From positions 1,000,679-1,064,678 of the forward strand of contig JBFWJC010000001.1 of the NCBI GenBank assembly GCA_050253415.1: DNA of 64,000 nucleotides, read 5' to 3'. Made by a program: the position numbers and the translations under genes. Of this stretch, positions 19,176 to 27,376 are shown one piece after another. This stretch comes from Pedobacter sp. (GTDB taxonomy: Bacteria > Desulfobacterota > Desulfuromonadia > Desulfuromonadales > Syntrophotaleaceae). Positions within the stretch are counted from its first letter, which is position 1, and each line of letters begins with the position of its first letter. The notes below the pieces were generated by a model that was not told where the DNA came from, did not search any database, and was given only the letters and a program-made list of their open reading frames with translations.

Positions 19176-19820
19176 TCAGCTATCATGCTGATTAATGGCA
19201 TACAGGGATGTTTCTCCAAAATATCCCAGCCAATTTGCCAGGCCAACGAGTTTAAAACCGTCTTCATACAAGTGGTAATAAGGTATGGTTATCCCCATTA
19301 TGTCGGACATGCCGTCGACAGCGATGGACAGAAAGAAAAAACCTAATGCCAGCGCCAGCGTGATGAAGTTAGTTTTGAGGATGGTTTTCCTGAAGTACAT
19401 CAGGTAAATATAGATCATGGAACCATAGGTCACGAAAATATATCTTTGCCGCCAATGAAAAATTTGGGGGAAGACTCTTTCGTGCAACAGAAACAAATCG
19501 TCCAGCAGGAGCAGACTGGTGATAAGACCGGATATGAGGAAAAACTTCGCCATTTTCCCAGTGTCTTTACTTTTGAAAATAAAAAATGAAAAGAAACATA
19601 TGGCTGCAGTCGCACACCAGAAGAGAATGGCTATGTTTGAGACGACTCCCAAAAAAGGTGAGGAATTGGTAATGTCGGCCGGATCCCTGGTGAACATGGC
19701 AATCGGCGTACCGCTGTGGTTGCTTACCAAAAAAACCGTCAGCAGTAGCAGCCAGCAGGGAATGTACAGGCTTAAGAGTAATTTAACCGATGCTGGCAGT
19801 TTTAACATGGGAAATTTCAT
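19176..19820 (-). CDS. polytopic membrane protein (LDDLFLLHE motif), AT-rich
   Basis: About 6 hydrophobic segments; RDP, DDLFLLHE and EDGFK charged motifs. Confidence 0.75.
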   Translation of the reverse strand: MKFPMLKLPASVKLLLSLYIPCWLLLLTVFLVSNHSGTPIAMFTRDPADITNSSPFLGVVSNIAILFWCATAAICFFSFFIFKSKDTGKMAKFFLISGLITSLLLLDDLFLLHERVFPQIFHWRQRYIFVTYGSMIYIYLMYFRKTILKTNFITLALALGFFFLSIAVDGMSDIMGITIPYYHLYEDGFKLVGLANWLGYFGETSLYAINQHDS

Positions 19821-19983
19821 GACCGCCCTTATTGAGAAAGATTGTCATCATTGCATGGTTTCGTTGCCCTGGCTCGTCTCCTGGGACCCTGTAATGCATA
19901 GGATTTAGTAAGATTGCGCAGAGATTTTGCGTGTCAGTAAGGCATGATATTCACTGTCTGGCCATAGCTAAACAGTGAACATA

Positions 19984-20883
19984 CTAGCTTGGGGAACCCC
20001 CCGGCATCCGCACCGGGAGATAGCGCTCCTCCGCTATTTTCAATTCGTCGACATTCTGCAAGCGGAAGACCTCCTGAACCGGTGTGATCTCTTTTTCCAC
20101 CCCCATCAGCGATTGTTGTTCATGGATCAGGGCCGCGGTCTTTTGCATGGCAGCAATACTCGATCGCAGCAGGTGGTTGGCCCAGATCACTAGACTGATG
20201 CCGGCCTCTTGAAAAACCGGGGTCGGAGTCTGGTAATACTTGGTCGGCACCACTACGACGGGGCAGGTGTCCCCCCATTCATTCATGAAAGCCAGGACTT
20301 CTTCCGCGGTGGATAATTTGCTGTGGATCAGCAAGGCATCCGCTCCCGCCTTATGGTAGGCCTCGGCGCGTTTCAGGGCTTCGCCGAGCCCCCATCCGGC
20401 AATGAAGGCTTCGATTCGCGCGACCACGCAAAAATCGTCGTCCTGCTGGGTGTCCTTGGCCGCCTTGATTTTGCCGGCAAATATGTCGATGGCTTCCAAG
20501 GGCTGGCGGGCATTGTCCAATAACGAGTTATTCTTGGGGAATAGCTTGTCTTCGATGCAGGCCGCCGCGACCCCTCGTTGCTCCAGTTTTCGCACCAGTC
20601 TGCGCATATTATTGAAATTGCCGTAGCCGGTGTCGGCATCGAGCATGATCGGGATGGAGGTGGCGTCGCTCATGAATTCGATGACTTCCAGCACCTGGGT
20701 CCAGCTTGCTTCGTTGCTGTCCCGCACCCCGAGGGCCGCCGAAATGGCCAGGCCGCTGCCCCATATGCCTTTAAAGCCGGTCTCTTCGACAATTCTGGCG
20801 CTCAGACCGTTGTGGGCTTCCATGAGGAACTGCAGATCCGGCGATTGTAACAGGGCTTTGAACTGGGACGTCTTTTTTTGCAT
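19984..20883 (-). CDS. pepM: phosphoenolpyruvate mutase
   Basis: [17 protein letters not shown], diagnostic [10 protein letters not shown] (EDKx5NS), VARIEA, LIHSK, VVVPTKY, IWANH. Confidence 0.95.
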   Translation of the reverse strand: MQKKTSQFKALLQSPDLQFLMEAHNGLSARIVEETGFKGIWGSGLAISAALGVRDSNEASWTQVLEVIEFMSDATSIPIMLDADTGYGNFNNMRRLVRKLEQRGVAAACIEDKLFPKNNSLLDNARQPLEAIDIFAGKIKAAKDTQQDDDFCVVARIEAFIAGWGLGEALKRAEAYHKAGADALLIHSKLSTAEEVLAFMNEWGDTCPVVVVPTKYYQTPTPVFQEAGISLVIWANHLLRSSIAAMQKTAALIHEQQSLMGVEKEITPVQEVFRLQNVDELKIAEERYLPVRMPGGSPS

Positions 20884-20909
20884 GGGAAGCCTCCGGGCGG
20901 TTGGAAGAG

Positions 20910-21875
20910 TCAAAGCGGCTGGTTTATTTTGGGCACATCGTATCCGGCCATTTGTCCCGACCGGGCGAAATTGTCGATGATGTCGATGATTCTGCGGCCG
21001 ATTTTCCGTTGGGAATCGATGGTCATAGCGCCGATGTGCGGGGTGAGAACGACATTGGGCAGGTCGGCCAGAGGGGATATCTTTTTGTCGCCCTCTGCCT
21101 GGTGCACATCGAGGGCTGCACCTCCCAGCCTTTCTTCGCGGAGGGCCTGGCTCAGGGCGACCTCATCCACGATTCCGCCTCGCGCCATGTTGAGGAGATA
21201 GCTGCCGGGTTTCATCAGGGCCAGTTCAGCGGAGCCTATGAGGTTGCTGGTCGTCGACTTCAGTGGGACGCAGGTGCAGAGGTAATCGGCGGTCGACAAA
21301 ACCGTGTGAAAATCGGTGAGGTGCATGCCCTTTTTCTTGAAATCAGCGGCGCGTTCCTCCGAGGGATGTTCGACGCAGCCCAGAACCTGCATGCCCCAGG
21401 CCAGTCCCATTTCGCCCAGCAGAGTGCCGATGTTGCCCAGCCCGACGATGCCGAGTCGCTTGTTTTCCAGCAGGTGTCCGGTCAGCTGGTGTTTGGCCCA
21501 CGTTCCTTCGCGCAGCAACCGGTCCGCGACAAGGATCTGGCGGGACAGGGCCAGCATCATGCCGAACGCCAGTTCGGCTACGGCGCGGGCCCCCGGTCCA
21601 GGAATGCGGACCAATTCAAGTTCGTTGGTGCGCAGATATTCCATGTCGATGTTGTCGAGTCCGGAACCGGCCCGGATCAGCAGCTGCAGGCCGGGAGCCT
21701 TGCTCATGAGGTCGGCGGTAATGTTTACTCCGCTTCGGAAAACCAATGCCTCCCGATCCTCTATCAGTGCCGCCAGGGTTTCCTCCCCGGCGCCGATGCC
21801 CGAAACCACATCATGCCGCCGTTGCAGGGTCTGCAGTGCTTCGGAATCGATCTGGCTTGCCAGCAGGATTTTCAT
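20910..21875 (-). CDS. D-2-hydroxyacid dehydrogenase (SerA-like, no ACT domain); candidate phosphonopyruvate reductase
   Basis: [19 protein letters not shown] Rossmann motif, NMARGG (Arg), DVHQAE (Glu), LTPHIG (His); start overlaps ATP-grasp stop (ATGA). Confidence 0.88.
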   Translation of the reverse strand: MKILLASQIDSEALQTLQRRHDVVSGIGAGEETLAALIEDREALVFRSGVNITADLMSKAPGLQLLIRAGSGLDNIDMEYLRTNELELVRIPGPGARAVAELAFGMMLALSRQILVADRLLREGTWAKHQLTGHLLENKRLGIVGLGNIGTLLGEMGLAWGMQVLGCVEHPSEERAADFKKKGMHLTDFHTVLSTADYLCTCVPLKSTTSNLIGSAELALMKPGSYLLNMARGGIVDEVALSQALREERLGGAALDVHQAEGDKKISPLADLPNVVLTPHIGAMTIDSQRKIGRRIIDIIDNFARSGQMAGYDVPKINQPL

Positions 21876-23095
21876 TTTTCCTCCCCGAGTGCCCGGTCCG
21901 GGTCCCTTTTGCGACGTTCGCCCCGGTTGGTGAATAGCAGAGCGGAGCGCACCATGTCTCCCCAGAAGGGGCGCGGATCCGTCCATGAAAATATGGCGAA
22001 GGTCTTTTTGCCACGTACCGATTTCCGCCATTCCCTGAAGGTCAGTTCCCCCTTGCGCCAGTAATAAAAGGCTGAACGGAGGTCCTGCCGGAGATTGATC
22101 CACTTCACCCCTCGGTATTGCTGGACCCGGTTGTCGGGTAACGGCAAGCCGAGGGCGTCGCAGTACATGGTGTAAAGCAGATCGACCCCGCCGGCTTCGG
22201 CAATGGCTGACCGGCCGGTGGGGCGACAGATATTCGGCTCGACAATGAAATAGTCACCCGATCGTTGGTCGCGCTTGATTTCCATGTAAGCCAGTCCGCG
22301 AAAATCGACGCTCTGAAACAGCCGTAGTGTTTCGTTTAGAACAAAATCGTCGCGACATTCCTCGCCGAGGGAACTCTGACCCATTTCCGGGGGCCATTGG
22401 CGGAGTTTCCTGGCCACAAAGGTTGCCAGGGGTTGCGAATCTGTATTGAAATAGGCGTTGCACGAATAAAGATTGGCATCTGGGCCTTCGATCCAGTTCT
22501 GCAGGATGAAGCAGCTCGTGCCGGATTTGTACTGTTCAAACGTGGCGATCAGTTGTTCAGGCGTGGTGATTTTGAAGGCTTTGAATGCGGAGAGTTCATT
22601 CCACGCCGCGGTTCTATAGTGCGGTTTGAGGACGCAGGGAAAGGCGACCTTGTCCGTTGCAGAAATCAGGTCATCACGATTATAGATGAACCAGGTATCG
22701 GGAATGCGGAACCCGAATTTTTGTGCAAAGGCATAGAACTGCAGCTTGTCCATTAGCATTTCCACAACATCCGGTTCCGGTAGGCACAGGTGATACCAGC
22801 GGGATAGTCGTTGCCGGTTTCGCGAAACGAGCAGGACATCGGGGTCGCAGCAAGGATAAAGTACCGCCTTTTGGGACAGCTGTGCGCCGAGCCGCTCCAA
22901 CGCTTCCAACATGTTGTTGGTGGTGATGACCTGGCGGCAGCAGTTGGTGGTGCAGTAAGGGTGATCTTTGTTTTCCGAAAGGGCGATGACGGGCAGCCGG
23001 TGGCGTTTGGAAAGAATCCGGGCCGTTTGAAGGCCCTGCATGAATTCTAGGCCGGTAACGACTGCAAAAGGTCTGGTTTCTGCGGCTGCCTTCAT
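21872..23095 (-). CDS. ATP-grasp carboxylate-amine ligase (D-aspartate ligase-like)
   Basis: MDKLQFY, FPCVLKP, ILQNWIEG, RKLRQWP, YMEIKRDQRSGDYFIVEPN. Confidence 0.85.
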   Translation of the reverse strand: MKAAAETRPFAVVTGLEFMQGLQTARILSKRHRLPVIALSENKDHPYCTTNCCRQVITTNNMLEALERLGAQLSQKAVLYPCCDPDVLLVSRNRQRLSRWYHLCLPEPDVVEMLMDKLQFYAFAQKFGFRIPDTWFIYNRDDLISATDKVAFPCVLKPHYRTAAWNELSAFKAFKITTPEQLIATFEQYKSGTSCFILQNWIEGPDANLYSCNAYFNTDSQPLATFVARKLRQWPPEMGQSSLGEECRDDFVLNETLRLFQSVDFRGLAYMEIKRDQRSGDYFIVEPNICRPTGRSAIAEAGGVDLLYTMYCDALGLPLPDNRVQQYRGVKWINLRQDLRSAFYYWRKGELTFREWRKSVRGKKTFAIFSWTDPRPFWGDMVRSALLFTNRGERRKRDPDRALGEEK

Positions 23096-23360
23096 CGATT
23101 CATTCTTTCGGCAGAGGGGATGATAAACGGTCGGACGGGCGACAAGTTTGTTTCCCATATAGAAAAACCATAACGTCGGATAAATTAAAGTCAAGTTGCA
23201 GGACACGAGTCGGCCCATGGGGGGGCGGAAACACTGTGGACGGGCCCGATGGAGGTAGGCAGCGGAAACGAAGGTCTGTGAAAGATGACCCTCGATTTTA
23301 AACGCACTCTATGGCAGAATCGCCGCCGATTCGTACGCCAACCCAAAAGGATCGCACATC

Positions 23361-24164
23361 ATGGACCATCAATTGCTGGTCATCTTTTTCCTCACCTTCG
23401 TCATCCACATCATTGGCACCCTGGCCTACTCGGTGCGCATCGCCGGCACGCGTACCGGGCGCATCGCCATCTCTTTTTCCCTGTTCAATATTCTGGTGCT
23501 CGTCTCACGCCTGTCCAATTCCTTTCAGGCCCCTTTGCTGGCAAAACGGGTGGAGGAAGATCTCCTGCGTCAAAACCTGTACGGGGTGGAGGGGGATTTT
23601 CGCTGGTTGTTGTTTGCCGCGACCCTGGCGACATTGGCCGGCGCGATGCTGATTCCGACCTTTCAGCGACTTTTCGCCAGAGCCGTGGAGAGTTTTGGCG
23701 CCTCGCGGTCGCTACCGAAAATGCTGCTGCGGGTCATCAGTCCGGCAGGTATGGCTCATCTTTGCAATGCGGTGGTTCTGCCCGCCAGGGAGAATGTCAC
23801 CAGAGCCTGGAAGGGGGAAAGGATGTCGCTGCGCATAGCAATCCTGAATACGGTCGCCATGGGCGTGTGGACCGTAGGTGTGTTTGCTTCCCTTTATGCC
23901 GGGTATCTCCACCCGGACCTTCGCAGCACGGCCAACAGTCTCTCGTCGGTTGTCAACGGGGCGGCGACCATTCTGATGTTCATCATCATCGATCCGTATC
24001 TGTCCATCCTTACCGATGACGTGGCCGGAGGAAGGGCGGGGGAAGCTTACTTTCGGCGATCCATCGTCTGGTTTGTCGGAAGCAGGTTGGCCGGCACCTT
24101 GCTGGCCCAGGCTTTTCTGGTGCCGGCGGCGCATTTCATCGTGTTTGTGGCCGATAAAATTTAA
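23361..24164 (+). CDS. amj: lipid II flippase Amj family (DUF2837)
   Basis: TLAYSVRIAGTRTGRIA, LVSRLSNSFQAPLL, IPTF, SALYA-like ASLYAG, NGAATIL, IDP; all hydrophobic. Confidence 0.85.
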   Translation: MDHQLLVIFFLTFVIHIIGTLAYSVRIAGTRTGRIAISFSLFNILVLVSRLSNSFQAPLLAKRVEEDLLRQNLYGVEGDFRWLLFAATLATLAGAMLIPTFQRLFARAVESFGASRSLPKMLLRVISPAGMAHLCNAVVLPARENVTRAWKGERMSLRIAILNTVAMGVWTVGVFASLYAGYLHPDLRSTANSLSSVVNGAATILMFIIIDPYLSILTDDVAGGRAGEAYFRRSIVWFVGSRLAGTLLAQAFLVPAAHFIVFVADKI

Positions 24165-24314
24165 CCATGGCGAAAGGCTGACAAGCATGATTGGTCATGC
24201 CGGATCCGGGACTGTCAATTCCGGCAAAGGGCATGTGTTTTTTTTGGAAGGGCATTAAATCCGAATCGACCTGATATACTCGATAGAAACGTTCCGGATA
24301 AAGGAGGTGTCTCC

Positions 24315-24485
24315 ATGACCGGGAAAGATATCGGGATCAACGTAGCGGATGGTTCAGCGTTAAAAAAGGTCGCGTTTGAAACTGTGATCGGTGCCGACCG
24401 GCCCTACTATTGGAGCTGGTACCGAATCGTTTTTGAGGAACCGGAAACCCCGGCGGGAGAGCCTGTAAAAACCCCACCCAACTAG
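24315..24485 (+). CDS. small hypothetical protein (56 aa)
   Basis: Perfect AAGGAGGT RBS; MTGKDIGINVADGSALKKVAFETVIGADRPYYWSWYRIVFEEPETPAGEPVKTPPN*; below ORF-track cutoff. Confidence 0.5.
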   Translation: MTGKDIGINVADGSALKKVAFETVIGADRPYYWSWYRIVFEEPETPAGEPVKTPPN

Positions 24486-24530
24486 TTTTGGCCTGGCAAA
24501 ACGAGCCCTCCGCGGTCATGGGAAAAGGTT

Positions 24531-26072
24531 TCAGCGCCCGAACCACTTCTTTTTACCGCTGAAAACCACCACTTGGTTGCGCCCTTTCTTTTTGGCCTGA
24601 AACAGCGCCTGGTCGGCGAACCCTATCATTTCGTTTTTAGTGTATGGATCCTCGGCCGGCGACATGGCGAACACCCCGAAACTCGCAGTGATACGGTGCC
24701 TTTCGTGCTCGTACTCAAAGGTGTGACGGGAGACCGCCAGACGGAGTTTTTCGGCCACCTTCTCGGCATCTTCAATGCCGGTCACCGGCAGCAGGATGGC
24801 AAATTCTTCTCCACCATAGCGCGCGAACAGATCGTACTCGCGCAATTCCTCTCGACACACATCGCAAAACTGGCGAAGCATCTCATCGCCGACCTGGTGA
24901 CCGAAGGTATCGTTGAGCTTTTTGAAATTATCGATGTCGGTCAGCACCAAGGCCAGGGAATGCGAGTGGCGCCGGGATCGTTTAATTTCCTTGTCGAGAA
25001 AGTTCTGGAAATAGCGGTGATTATAAGCCTGCGTCAGTCCGTCGAGGTTGGCCAGTAATTCAAGCTGGTGGTTCTTCTTTTCCAGCTCGGCGGTCAACAT
25101 TTCCAGCTTGACGGTTTTTTCCACCAACGCTCGATTCATTTCCTCGTAGCTGAGGTTCAGCACACTTAGCTCCGCATTGGCGATCTGCAGGATTTCGGTG
25201 ATGGATTTTTGCTCGTTTATCCTGAATTCAAAATAGTCGGCAGTCTGGTTCACTTCGGCATGAACGGTATCCAGCAGATCTGCCAGGAACCTGTCTTCAA
25301 GGTTGAGGAACTGCTGTGCCTGTGTATTGAAACGTGTCACGATCTCTTCGGGAGCCTTGCTGCGGAAGACTTTGGACAGCAACCCGGACAGGTAAACGAC
25401 TTGGCACAATCGTTTGATGTCGGGCTTGTCGCCATCATATCCGGTGGGATCGGCGTGGTAGCGCAGGGGCAGCACCAGGGCATCAGGGAAACCCCAGCTG
25501 CGTGTCACTTCACTGCCGATATAGGCATGATCGGCCCCGATCAAAGCGGTTTCGGCCTGGCACCGAGGCTGGCCTTCGTTTCCAATGGCTTGTTCAACCT
25601 GGAGGTATTTGTCGGGGAAGGCGCGGGCCAGAATCAGCACCCCCAGGTTCTGCAAGAGCCCGGCTACAAAGGCTTCTTCGGCAGCGTCCTTGTCGATTGC
25701 CGCCATCAGTTTGCGGGCCGCCACCGCCTCGGTCAGGGATTGCTCCCAGAAACGGGTATAGTCGAAACTGCCGTCATTGCTCCGACTGGGTTGCAGAAAG
25801 GAAAAAGACAGCACCAGGCTGCGTACCGCGTTGGTCCCCAGAATGGAAGCCGCCTGGTGAATGGTGACGATGGATTGGGGGAAGCTGTAAAAGGCCGAAT
25901 TGACCACCTTGAGGATTTTAGCCGAAAGGGAGATGTCCTTGGATACCAGCTCGGCGATATCGCTGATCGTAGTATCCTCCCTTGCTGTGATGCTGATCAG
26001 CCGCGACGCAACAGGAGAGAGAGTCGGCAGTACATCCGCCTGCAACACAGTCTTTAATACGGCCTCTTTCAT
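24531..26072 (-). CDS. HDOD-GGDEF diguanylate cyclase
   Basis: LPTLS...KILKVVNSAFY...FW...GLLQNLG (HDOD); DGLT, REYD I-site, RYGGEEF. Confidence 0.92.
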   Translation of the reverse strand: MKEAVLKTVLQADVLPTLSPVASRLISITAREDTTISDIAELVSKDISLSAKILKVVNSAFYSFPQSIVTIHQAASILGTNAVRSLVLSFSFLQPSRSNDGSFDYTRFWEQSLTEAVAARKLMAAIDKDAAEEAFVAGLLQNLGVLILARAFPDKYLQVEQAIGNEGQPRCQAETALIGADHAYIGSEVTRSWGFPDALVLPLRYHADPTGYDGDKPDIKRLCQVVYLSGLLSKVFRSKAPEEIVTRFNTQAQQFLNLEDRFLADLLDTVHAEVNQTADYFEFRINEQKSITEILQIANAELSVLNLSYEEMNRALVEKTVKLEMLTAELEKKNHQLELLANLDGLTQAYNHRYFQNFLDKEIKRSRRHSHSLALVLTDIDNFKKLNDTFGHQVGDEMLRQFCDVCREELREYDLFARYGGEEFAILLPVTGIEDAEKVAEKLRLAVSRHTFEYEHERHRITASFGVFAMSPAEDPYTKNEMIGFADQALFQAKKKGRNQVVVFSGKKKWFGR

Positions 26073-26282
26073 AAAACATTCTCCAAGTGGGGCTACAAAC
26101 ACAGTCTTTGGTTTACTCGGCATATCGTTGAGATGAATTTTTAATTAATCCATAAAAGCAAGTTTATTTCAATGACTTTCTGGGATTTTTCGGGCCGAGC
26201 AGGGGGGCAGGGTAACTGATATGCAGGTCTGAAAACCGCGTATCTTTCGTGGTTGTAAAAGAGTTTTTATCCTCAATAAGGT

Positions 26283-27371
26283 CTACCGATTGCCGATGCG
26301 CAACACCGCCTTGATGGTGTCTCCGTGCCGAACATCGGCAATGGCTCGGTTGATCTCCGTAAAGTCGTAGAATTTTATCAGGCGATCAAAGGGGAATTGC
26401 CCGGTCCGGTAGAGGCGGATCATTTCGGGGATGAACTGCCGGGGTGCCGCGTCGCCTTGAATAACACTCACATGGCGGCGGCCTTGCATGGCCTTCGGCA
26501 TGGCGCCTCCGGCCAGAAAGGCGGCACGGCCGCGCGGTTTCAGCACTCTGGCGGCCAGCCGTCCCAGGTTGCGGTCACCGGTGGTGTCCACCAGACAGTC
26601 GAGGCCTTCTGCAAGCTGCGCGGCAAGGTCGTCCTGGCGGCTGTCGAGCACGCCGGTTGCCCCCAGCTCCAGAGCCAGGCACAGACGGGCCGGATGCCGA
26701 TCCACGGCGATGATCCGTTCGGCACCGGCAATGCGGGCCGCCATGACCGCCGCCAGCCCCACGCTGCCGCTGCCGAAGATGGCGACGGACTCACCCGGCG
26801 TCACCGCCAGGGAATGCAGGATTGTTCCGGCGCCGGTCTGCAGGCCGCAGCCCAGAGGCGCCAGCAGGGGCAGCGGCAGATCGGGGGGGACCGGTACCAG
26901 ATTGCGTGCACAGACCAGCGCATGGCTGGCGAAAGACGACTGGCCGAAAAAATGACCACGTGCGCCGCTGCCCTGCAGGGCATTGCTGCCGTCCAGACGC
27001 TGGAAGTTGAAATTGAGTTTGAAAAAATGCGTGCAGGCAAACGGCCGCCCCTCGCCGCACGATGCACACTCTCCGCAGAATGCGTAGGACAATATCACCG
27101 GGTCGCCAGGACTGATCCCCGTGACATCCCGCCCGATTTCTTCCACCACCCCGGCACCTTCGTGTCCGAGCACCACCGGACCCATGGTTTCATCCCAGCA
27201 GTCCAGCATGTCGATATCGGTGTGACAGATGCCCGAGGCCGCCAGCCGTACCAGCACCTCGTCATGCCGCGGCCCCTGCATCGACAGAGGTTCGATAATC
27301 AGAGGGCCTCCCTGGTTTCGGAGTACGGCGGCCCTGATGGTATGCGGTCGGGAACGGCCCTGGTTGTTCAT
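26283..27371 (-). CDS. Zn-dependent (aryl-)alcohol dehydrogenase
   Basis: GICHTD, LGHEGAG, CGECASC...C, FFGQSSFA, PLGCGLQTGAG, GSGSVG. Confidence 0.92.
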   Translation of the reverse strand: MNNQGRSRPHTIRAAVLRNQGGPLIIEPLSMQGPRHDEVLVRLAASGICHTDIDMLDCWDETMGPVVLGHEGAGVVEEIGRDVTGISPGDPVILSYAFCGECASCGEGRPFACTHFFKLNFNFQRLDGSNALQGSGARGHFFGQSSFASHALVCARNLVPVPPDLPLPLLAPLGCGLQTGAGTILHSLAVTPGESVAIFGSGSVGLAAVMAARIAGAERIIAVDRHPARLCLALELGATGVLDSRQDDLAAQLAEGLDCLVDTTGDRNLGRLAARVLKPRGRAAFLAGGAMPKAMQGRRHVSVIQGDAAPRQFIPEMIRLYRTGQFPFDRLIKFYDFTEINRAIADVRHGDTIKAVLRIGNR

Positions 27372-27376
27372 GGCGG

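Noticed and set aside
19984..20883. Alternative call as isocitrate/methylisocitrate lyase
   Set aside because: Has EDKx5NS rather than the KKCGH/KRCGH lyase motif; phosphonopyruvate hydrolase is less likely given the biosynthetic neighbours but not formally excluded
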